64,000 bases of DNA from Desulfovibrionaceae bacterium (GTDB lineage Bacteria > Desulfobacterota > Desulfovibrionia > Desulfovibrionales > Desulfovibrionaceae). The notes under the pieces were generated by a model. The model was given only the letters and a program-made list of their open reading frames with translations. It did not search any database and was not told where the DNA came from. A program made the position numbers and the translations under genes. Where the stretch lies: positions 23,048 through 87,047 of the forward strand of contig JAVBNL010000023.1 of NCBI GenBank assembly GCA_031551515.1, given 5' to 3'. Below, piece by piece: positions 30,199 through 37,550 of this stretch. Each line of letters starts with the position of its first letter. The first letter of the stretch is position 1.

Positions 30199-30696
30199 TC
30201 AGCGGCTTTTGATCTTTTCTTTCAGCGCTTCGATAAGCCCGCCCTTTTGCACCAGTTCCAGAATGTGCGCGGGCAGTTTGCTGCACGAATAGGTCGTGTT
30301 CTGCGTTTCGTTGCGGATGGCCCCCGCCGTAAAATCCAGCAGCAGAACGTCGCCCGGCTTGATTTTACCCGCATCGTCGCATTCCACCACGGGCAGCCCC
30401 AGGTTGATGGCGTTGCGGTAAAAAATGCGGGCGAAACTTTTGGCGATGACCGCGCCCAGGCCCAGATGTTTCAGGGCCAGCGGCGCAAGTTCGCGGCTGG
30501 AGCCGGAACCGAAGTTGTCGCCCGCAACAATCATATCACCAGACCGCACGCGGGCCGCGAAACCGGGGTCCACGCTGCTCATGGCGAACTTCGCCCCTTC
30601 TTCGACCGAAAGTTCCATGTACTGCGGGGGCGAGATGATGTCCGTATTGATGTTGTCGCCGAAAACGTGAGCTTTGCCCTTGCGTGTACTTTGCAT
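30199..30696 (-). CDS. Aconitase-family small subunit (LeuD/HacB-like)
   Basis: 165 aa with [14 protein letters not shown]...[10 protein letters not shown]. Confidence 0.85.
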   Translation of the reverse strand: MQSTRKGKAHVFGDNINTDIISPPQYMELSVEEGAKFAMSSVDPGFAARVRSGDMIVAGDNFGSGSSRELAPLALKHLGLGAVIAKSFARIFYRNAINLGLPVVECDDAGKIKPGDVLLLDFTAGAIRNETQNTTYSCSKLPAHILELVQKGGLIEALKEKIKSR

Positions 30697-30706
30697 GCGC
30701 GCCTCC

Positions 30707-31972
30707 TTACAGCAGCTCTCTGGGGTCGATGATTTCCCCGGCCACGGCGGCCGCGGCCACGCTGAGGGGCGAACCCAGATAGGTGAAGGCCTTTTTGCTG
30801 CCCATGCGCCCCAAAAAGTTGCGGTTGGTGGAAGAGATGCAGACTTCGCCGTCCGCCAGCGCGCCGGAGTGCAGGCCCACGCACACGCCGCAGGTGGGCG
30901 CGAGAATCACCGCGCCCGCTTCAGACAGGGTTTGCAAAATGCCGCTCGCCGCCGCCTTCTCCCAGATGCTTTTGGATGAAGGCGACACCAGCAGCCTGCG
31001 TCCGGCCTTGACTTTTTTGCCCTTCAAAAGCCGCGCCGCCAGCAAGAGGTCCGTATAGCGGCCGCCCGTGCAGGAGCCGATATAGGCCTGGTCGATACGC
31101 ACGCCCTTGCCCAGCTCGCGAATGGAGCTGACGTTGTCCACCTCGTGCGGGCAAGAGACCATAGGTTCCAGCGCGGTGGCGTCAAAGTCCAGCTCCCGGC
31201 AGAAACGCGCGTCCTTGTCGCTGCGCAGGGGCTCGAAATTCGCCGCTTTGCCGCGTTCTTTCAAAAAGGCCTTGGTCGTCGCGTCCGTGTTCATCAGACC
31301 CGCTTTGGCGCCCATTTCAACCGCCATGTTGGCGATGCAGAAGCGTTCGTCCATGCACAGGCCGTCAATGGCGGAACCCACATATTCCACGGTTTTATAG
31401 GTCGCCCCGGCGTGGCCTATGGCGCCGATGGTAGCCAGCGAAATGTCTTTGGCCATAACGCCCGCGGTGAGCGCGCCCCGCCATTCCACGCGAATGGTTT
31501 CAGGCACGCGCAGCCAGATCTGCCCGGTCACCAGAATGCCGACCATCTCGGTGGAGCCGATGCCGCTGGCGAACGCGCCCAGCGCGCCGCCCATGCAGGT
31601 GTGCGAATCGGTGCCCATGACCACGGCCCCCGGCAGCACGTGGCCGTGTTCCGCCATGATCTGGTGGCAGGGGCCCACGAACTCGTAATAGCGGTTCACG
31701 CCGTTTTCCGAGGCCCACTCCCGCGTGAACTTCACGATGGCGGCCTGCGCGGCGTTGGCCGGCGGAGTGTAGTGGTCGGAAATGACCACCACCTTTTCAG
31801 GGTCCCAGACCCTTGCCCCCAGCTCTTTCATGCGGTCGGCTATTTCGACCCGGGGGCCGAGAATGTCGTCCATCATGGCCACATCCACATTGGCCCACAC
31901 GATGTCGCCCGCCTGTACCGACTCTTTGCCCGCCGCGCGGGCGATGATCTTTTCAGACAGCGTTTTGCCCAT
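30707..31972 (-). CDS. Aconitase-family large subunit (LeuC/HacA-like, short archaeal-type)
   Basis: MGKTLSEKIIARAAGK...; Fe-S ligand contexts GTDSHT, GSCTGGR and PTCGVCVG. Confidence 0.85.
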   Translation of the reverse strand: MGKTLSEKIIARAAGKESVQAGDIVWANVDVAMMDDILGPRVEIADRMKELGARVWDPEKVVVISDHYTPPANAAQAAIVKFTREWASENGVNRYYEFVGPCHQIMAEHGHVLPGAVVMGTDSHTCMGGALGAFASGIGSTEMVGILVTGQIWLRVPETIRVEWRGALTAGVMAKDISLATIGAIGHAGATYKTVEYVGSAIDGLCMDERFCIANMAVEMGAKAGLMNTDATTKAFLKERGKAANFEPLRSDKDARFCRELDFDATALEPMVSCPHEVDNVSSIRELGKGVRIDQAYIGSCTGGRYTDLLLAARLLKGKKVKAGRRLLVSPSSKSIWEKAAASGILQTLSEAGAVILAPTCGVCVGLHSGALADGEVCISSTNRNFLGRMGSKKAFTYLGSPLSVAAAAVAGEIIDPRELL

Positions 31973-32041
31973 ATCGTACCTTCCTTTTCCGCTTGGACAG
32001 TTTACGCCGCGTGACCGCAAGAGTCACGCGGCGCTAAAGCC

Positions 32042-33406
32042 TTACGCGGCGCCGATTTCCTCAAGGGATTTGCCCTTGGTTTCAATCCCCAGGAAGTACA
32101 CCAGGGCCACGGCTATCCAGAAAAATACGGCCATGGTGATATAAATGCCGTAGTACATCTGGTTGGCCATGAAATATCCGAAGACCACGGGGCTTAGAGC
32201 GGAACTCACGCGCCCCGCGCCGGTGGACCAGCAGGTGGCCGTCGCGCGCACCTTTGAGGGATACAGCTCGGCCGTCCAGACCACGGTGCCCGCGACGCCC
32301 TGCTCATACAGATACGAAAGCAGGCAGGCTCCCCAGACCAGATAGGCGGGGTCGTTCAGCTTGCCGAAAACCAGGGCCGCAACGCCGCCCAGGCCGAAGC
32401 CCACGTAAAACAGCTGCTTTCTGCCGAATTTTTCAATGGTGTAAAAGGCGGTCAAACGGCCCAGAATGGCGGCGAGCGCCACATACAACGTATAGGTGAA
32501 GGTCTTGGCCATGCTCAGGCCGTAAACCATCGACAAAATGGAGGGCAGCCAGAGCACGAAGCCGTAATAGCCGAAATAGGCGAAGAAATAGTAGCCCGCC
32601 GTCAGGATGAAGCGCCGCAGGTACTCCTTTTGAAACAGCACGAAGACGGAGACTTTTTCGGCGGTGGCGTCCGATTGCAAGCCCACCACGTCCTCTTCTT
32701 TCGCCCCCAGCTTTTTCAGCACGGCGGCGGCCTCTTCCGTGCGCCCCTGCGCCGCCAGCCAACGGGGAGATTCAGGCACCCTGAAGGCCACGATGATGGC
32801 CAAAAGGGCCGGGGTCACGCCGATATAGAAGAGCACGCGCCAGCCGTATTCCGTCACCAGCAGCAAAGAGGCCACGGCCGCCACAAGCAGGCCGAAAGGC
32901 CAGAGCACGGTCAGCACGGCGACGAAGCGCCCCCGGTACCCGGCGGAGACGTATTCGGAAACAAGCGCGGTGTTGATGGGTATCATGCCGCCCAGGCACA
33001 TGCCGGTGACGAAGCGGATGATGCCGAATTCCATGACGTCGCGGGCGAACGCGGTCATGCCGGTCAGCAGACTGAAGCCCACAATGGTGCCGATGAACCC
33101 GACCTTGCGGCCGAATTTGTCGGAAACCGGACCCCAGATGACCGCGCCCAGAAACATGCCCCAAATGCCCGCCGAGGTCAGCATGCCGTTGACCACGGGC
33201 GTGATCGACCACTCTTTGATGATCGAAGGCATGGCGTAGGAGACGATATACGTGTCGAAAGAGTCGAACATGAAGCCCAAAGCCGCCGTGATCACTATGA
33301 AGTAGTGGATGCTTGAAAGCGAAAGTTTTTCCACCACGCTGCTGACCGTGGGTCTTGCCGCGCCCGGGCCGCCAAGGGTGTTAATGCCGTTCATCGTGCT
33401 CTGCAT
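32042..33406 (-). CDS. MFS transporter (metabolite:H+ symporter / sugar-porter-like)
   Basis: RBS AAGGAGAG and 12 predicted TM segments. GPVSDKFGRKV and PESPRWL motifs are present. Confidence 0.9.
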   Translation of the reverse strand: MQSTMNGINTLGGPGAARPTVSSVVEKLSLSSIHYFIVITAALGFMFDSFDTYIVSYAMPSIIKEWSITPVVNGMLTSAGIWGMFLGAVIWGPVSDKFGRKVGFIGTIVGFSLLTGMTAFARDVMEFGIIRFVTGMCLGGMIPINTALVSEYVSAGYRGRFVAVLTVLWPFGLLVAAVASLLLVTEYGWRVLFYIGVTPALLAIIVAFRVPESPRWLAAQGRTEEAAAVLKKLGAKEEDVVGLQSDATAEKVSVFVLFQKEYLRRFILTAGYYFFAYFGYYGFVLWLPSILSMVYGLSMAKTFTYTLYVALAAILGRLTAFYTIEKFGRKQLFYVGFGLGGVAALVFGKLNDPAYLVWGACLLSYLYEQGVAGTVVWTAELYPSKVRATATCWSTGAGRVSSALSPVVFGYFMANQMYYGIYITMAVFFWIAVALVYFLGIETKGKSLEEIGAA

Positions 33407-33433
33407 AGTCTGCTCTCCTTGTTGTGGTCGCGG

Positions 33434-34192
33434 TTACACGGGATAGGTGTCGTGTTCGAAGGCTTTGGGGTCATGGCCGGGAAGGATGAAGTCGCAAATC
33501 TTCTCCATCTTCGCGTAGGTGGCGTAATAGTCGTCCAGGCGGCAGTGAATGCCGGAAGGAATGTGCTTGTACATCGCGTTGCCTTCCCAGTTTTCAAACA
33601 GAGCGCAGCAGTCGCTGGCGACCAGGCCGCGCCCCTTGGCGGTATTGACCAGAACGCCCTGAAAACCGGGCGTGTGCCCGGGCAGGGTCACAAGGTCGAT
33701 GCCGGGGCACAGCGAAAAATCGCCGTCCACCGCGACGATCTGGCTGTATGCTTTGAACCAGCGCGGCGTCAGGCCCACCTGGTGCGATTCGTAATACACC
33801 CAGTGCGCGGGCAGCGGGTCCACGGCGTATTCCATCTCGCGTTTCTGCACGTAGATTTTGGCGTTGGGAAACAGGTCGTTGTTAAAACAGTGGTCCCAGT
33901 GCAGGTGCGTGTTGACCACCACGTCCACGTCTTTGGCTTCAACCCCGAACCGCTTCAGCCCTTCAAGCGGGTGCATGCCGGGGGAACGGAGCAGACCGTG
34001 GTGATGCTTGGCGGCCCAATCTTCGTCGGAACAGCCGGTATCGACCAGAACCACCCGATCGGGCCCCTTGATCAGGTACATGATGATCGGGGCCACAAGC
34101 TTGGTGCCCGGATCTACCTGGTAGGTAAAATTCGATTTTTCGGCCGCTTTGAACACGCCTGTCTTGATGGGGTGGATCGTATACTCTCGCAT
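33434..34192 (-). CDS. MBL-fold hydrolase, N-acyl-homoserine-lactonase-like
   Basis: RBS AAAGGAG and metal motif NTHLHWDH (HxHxDH), about 250 aa. Confidence 0.85.
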   Translation of the reverse strand: MREYTIHPIKTGVFKAAEKSNFTYQVDPGTKLVAPIIMYLIKGPDRVVLVDTGCSDEDWAAKHHHGLLRSPGMHPLEGLKRFGVEAKDVDVVVNTHLHWDHCFNNDLFPNAKIYVQKREMEYAVDPLPAHWVYYESHQVGLTPRWFKAYSQIVAVDGDFSLCPGIDLVTLPGHTPGFQGVLVNTAKGRGLVASDCCALFENWEGNAMYKHIPSGIHCRLDDYYATYAKMEKICDFILPGHDPKAFEHDTYPV

Positions 34193-34329
34193 GGTCGCTC
34201 CTTTTATATCGTCTGTTCCGCGCGCCGCCGCGCCTGAAAAAGGGTGTCGAGCAAGATGCCCGCTGTGAAACCGCAGGCGGCGTCCCGTTTCGGGACCGTT
34301 CCGAGTGGGGGATAAAGCGGCGCTAGCCG

Positions 34330-35484
34330 CTAATAAACCGATTTACGCACATATGCATACCCATCCATGATTTTACGCGCCGTGCGGTATACGCCGATGC
34401 GTTTCATGACGGTTTCGCCGTTCTTCGTTTCCGCTTCCGCCTCAACGGGTATGATCCCGCCGGGGTGGCCTATCTGCACGGTCATTCTGCTCTTCGCCTC
34501 TTCGCGCAGCACGTCCCAGGCCACGGTGCCGGGTATGCGCACGGCCGCGCCCGTGCAGACCGTGCCGGTAACCGGGTAGGTCTTGTGCATCTTGAGCATA
34601 AACAAGAGGCGGGAGACCAGATCCACTTCCTTCGCCTTCACCGTGCCGCCGCTGATGGTCGTGTAATCAGCGGGTTCGCTGACGATGGCGAAAAACGGCG
34701 TGTAGGGGCTTTTGGTGGCCGCGTCTTCGGGTTTGTCGACCAGGCCGCACCAGACGGCCGCCTGCCCCCGGATTTTTTCGATCAGCGCCATGAGGTTCTT
34801 GTCCGCTTCGATGGCGGCCGGGCTTTCCGTGCCTTTCAGGCCCAGCGAACGCGCGTGGATGAAGACCAGCGGGTTGCCCGCGTCCACCAGGGATATGGTG
34901 TAGTCTTTGCCATCGACGCTGATGACGTCTTTGACGTTGCCCGTGGGCAACAGCTTGCCCGTGGTCGGGCCGGTGACGTCCGACCAGTCCAGGGTAATCC
35001 GCGCGCCGGTGCCTGGGCAACCGTCAATGGCGTAGTCGCCGCAGACGGAAGCTTTGCCGTTTTTGACCGGCACTTCGGCGATCAGGATATGATTGCTGTT
35101 GGTCAGGTGAATGCGCACGGTGGTAACGGGTTCCACCGGTTCCACCAGGCCTTCGTCAATGGCGAAAGGGCCCACGGCGGCGGAGATGTTGCCGCAGTTG
35201 CCCTGGTAATCGATGAATTCCGTCTCGAAGCTGACCTGGCCGAAGGTGTAATCCACATCCGCATCCGGCCGGGAAGCGGGTGAGATGATGGCCAGCTTGC
35301 TGGTCAGCACGTCCGCGCCGCCGAGGCCGTCTATCTGGCGCACGTCGGGGCTGCCGTATATGGCGCGAATGACCGCGTCACGTTTTTGCGGGTCTTTGGG
35401 CAGTTCGTTCTTCATGATGAAAACGCCCTTGCTGGTGCCGCCCCGCACGATGGAACACCGTACCATTTCCATTTCAGGATGCAT
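34330..35484 (-). CDS. PrpF-family isomerase (2-methylaconitate / oxalomesaconate / methylitaconate isomerase family)
   Basis: RBS GGGAGGAAG precedes ATG 35484. The N-terminus is MVRCSIVRGGTSKGVFI. Confidence 0.85.
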   Translation of the reverse strand: MHPEMEMVRCSIVRGGTSKGVFIMKNELPKDPQKRDAVIRAIYGSPDVRQIDGLGGADVLTSKLAIISPASRPDADVDYTFGQVSFETEFIDYQGNCGNISAAVGPFAIDEGLVEPVEPVTTVRIHLTNSNHILIAEVPVKNGKASVCGDYAIDGCPGTGARITLDWSDVTGPTTGKLLPTGNVKDVISVDGKDYTISLVDAGNPLVFIHARSLGLKGTESPAAIEADKNLMALIEKIRGQAAVWCGLVDKPEDAATKSPYTPFFAIVSEPADYTTISGGTVKAKEVDLVSRLLFMLKMHKTYPVTGTVCTGAAVRIPGTVAWDVLREEAKSRMTVQIGHPGGIIPVEAEAETKNGETVMKRIGVYRTARKIMDGYAYVRKSVY

Positions 35485-35500
35485 GCTCTTCCTCCCGGCT

Positions 35501-36496
35501 TTAGCGCGCTTGAGAAACCGCGACGGCAAGGGCGACCGTGGCCCCCACCATGGGGTTGTTGCCCATACCCAGAAAACCCATCATTTCCACGTGAGCGGGC
35601 ACCGAAGAAGACCCCGCGAACTGCGCGTCACAGTACATGCGGCCCACAGTGTCGGTCAAACCATACGAGGCCGGGCCCGCGCCGTTGTCGTCCGGGTGCA
35701 CGGTGCGGCCCGTGCCGCCGCCGGAAGCCACGGCGAAAAAGTTCCGTCCGTTGTCGCCGCACCATTTTTTATAGGTGCCCGCCACGGGGTGCTGAAAGCG
35801 GGTCATGTTGGTGGAGTTGCCGGTGATGCAGACGTCCACTTTTTCACTGACCATAACGGCCACGCCTTCCGGCACGTCGTCCGCGCCATAGCAGCGCACC
35901 GCCGCCCTGGGCCCGGCAGAGAAAGCCCGCTCCTCTTTGATGGCCAGTGTTTCGGCGGCGTAGTCGTATTCTGTGCGCACGTAGGTGAAGCCGTTGATGC
36001 GCGAGATGATGTACGCCGCGTCTTTGCCCAGGCCGTTCAAGATGACCCGCAGGGGGGTTTTGCGCACTTTGTTGGCCGATTGCGCGATGCCGATGGCCCC
36101 TTCGGCCGCGGCGAACGATTCATGCCCGGCCAGAAAGGCAAAACAGCCCGTCTCTTCGTGCAGCAGCCGGGCGGCGAGGCGCCCGTGCCCCAGGCCCACT
36201 TTGCGGTGATCGGCCACGGAACCGGGCAGGCAAAACGCCTGCAAGGCTTCGCCTATAGCTTCCGCAATGGCCGGGGCTTCTTTTTCGCCCCGCGCGACGG
36301 CGACGGCCGCCCCCAAGGTGTAGGCCCAGCAAGCGTCGTCAAAACAGATGGCCTGAATGCCCCGCACCAGGGCGAAAGGGTCCACGCCCCGGGCCTGAAC
36401 CCGCGCGCGGGCGTCTTCCAGCGAAGCTATGCCGTTCGCCTGCAAACAGGCCGTTATCGCGGGCATGCGCAGTTCTTTGTTTTCAAATGCGGTCAT
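35501..36496 (-). CDS. GGGtGRT-family protein (function unknown)
   Basis: Contains the eponymous ASGGGTGRTVHPDDNG motif. RBS GGAGG is present. Confidence 0.8.
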   Translation of the reverse strand: MTAFENKELRMPAITACLQANGIASLEDARARVQARGVDPFALVRGIQAICFDDACWAYTLGAAVAVARGEKEAPAIAEAIGEALQAFCLPGSVADHRKVGLGHGRLAARLLHEETGCFAFLAGHESFAAAEGAIGIAQSANKVRKTPLRVILNGLGKDAAYIISRINGFTYVRTEYDYAAETLAIKEERAFSAGPRAAVRCYGADDVPEGVAVMVSEKVDVCITGNSTNMTRFQHPVAGTYKKWCGDNGRNFFAVASGGGTGRTVHPDDNGAGPASYGLTDTVGRMYCDAQFAGSSSVPAHVEMMGFLGMGNNPMVGATVALAVAVSQAR

Positions 36497-36510
36497 GGTC
36501 GCCTCCGGCC

Positions 36511-37188
36511 CTATTCCCTACGGGGGTCAATGGTTCTGACGGCTTCGCCGAAGCGGCCGTAAACGCCCTTTGCCGCATCGTACGCCTGGTCGGGGCTTTG
36601 CCCCGCCGCGATCTGGTTCATCATCTTGCCCAAGTTGACGAATTCGTACCCGATGATTTCGCTGTTTTCGTCCAGCGCCAGGCGGGTCACATAGCCTTCC
36701 GTCATTTCAAGATAGCGCGGCCCGTTGGCCACAGTGCCGTACGAGGTGCCCACCTGGCTGCGGCAGCTGGAGCCGAGATCTTCCATGGCCGCGCCGATAG
36801 GCAGGCCGCCGTCGGAATACGAACTTTGCGTGCGGCCGTACGCGATGGTGGTGAACAGCGATTTCATGGCGCTGTTGGTGGCGTCGCAGACAAGGTCGGT
36901 GTTAAGAGCCTCAAGCAGCGTTTTGCCCGGCAGAATCTCTGCGGCCATGGCCGCGGAATGACTCATGCCGGAACAGCCGATATGCTCAATGAGCGCTTCG
37001 TGCACGATGCCGTCTTTGACGTTCAGCGTCAGTTTGCAGGTGCCCATTTGCGGCGCGCACGTACCACAGCCGTGGGCGAAACCGGATATATCCGCGACTT
37101 GCTTTACGCGCGTCCATTTACCTTCCTGAGGAATGGGCGACGGGCCGTGATTGGGCCCCTGCCGGACGATACAGAGGGTTTCAGACAT
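36511..37188 (-). CDS. NifU/IscU-N-terminal-like Cys-containing protein
   Basis: FAHGCGTCAPQMGTC...HIGCSGMSHSAAMAAEILPGKTLLEA resembles the IscU scaffold fold. It is the first gene of the operon. Confidence 0.7.
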   Translation of the reverse strand: MSETLCIVRQGPNHGPSPIPQEGKWTRVKQVADISGFAHGCGTCAPQMGTCKLTLNVKDGIVHEALIEHIGCSGMSHSAAMAAEILPGKTLLEALNTDLVCDATNSAMKSLFTTIAYGRTQSSYSDGGLPIGAAMEDLGSSCRSQVGTSYGTVANGPRYLEMTEGYVTRLALDENSEIIGYEFVNLGKMMNQIAAGQSPDQAYDAAKGVYGRFGEAVRTIDPRRE

Positions 37189-37244
37189 GAACGACGCCCC
37201 TTTGCTGAAAATTACGAAATGGATGCATGTGCCGCTCTCCTAAT

Positions 37245-37260
37245 AACAAGAAGCATGCCA
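37245..37260 (-). promoter_or_regulatory. Candidate sigma-54 (-24/-12) promoter for the nine-gene operon
   Basis: The minus strand reads TGGCATGcttcTTGTT against the consensus TGGCACG-N4-TTGCW. The spacing is correct with one mismatch in the -12 GC. It lies about 57 nt upstream of ATG 37188. Confidence 0.45.
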
Positions 37261-37481
37261 AGTGCCCGGGCAGCCCCTATCCACGCCTTTCGGCCGCAGC
37301 CGCCTCGGCGCGCGGAACACGGCCCACCCCTTTTGGTGTTTCATTTTCATCCGGCTTGTTGCCGGGCAGAAATAAAAACAGCGATTTTGCAACGGCGCGC
37401 GCAAGAATTTTTGCAGTGAACTTGGTGGAATAGCAGCATAATATGTGATTTTTTCAGTAATTAAACAACAATTTCCATTTA

Positions 37482-37497
37482 TGGAACATTGCTTGCT
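37482..37497 (+). promoter_or_regulatory. Candidate sigma-54 (-24/-12) promoter upstream of the activator gene
   Basis: TGGAACAttgcTTGCT with correct GG-N10-GC spacing, about 54 nt upstream of ATG 37551. Confidence 0.45.
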
Positions 37498-37550
37498 AAA
37501 AACCGCCGCCTCCGGTAGCTTCCACAAACACCCTGCCAAGGAGTCGACTC

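Noticed and set aside
35285-36562. 425-aa plus-strand ORF opposite the GGGtGRT gene; also 1271-2350 (-) opposite the first kinase
   Set aside because: Same reasoning: these are high-GC antisense shadows without motifs or an RBS.
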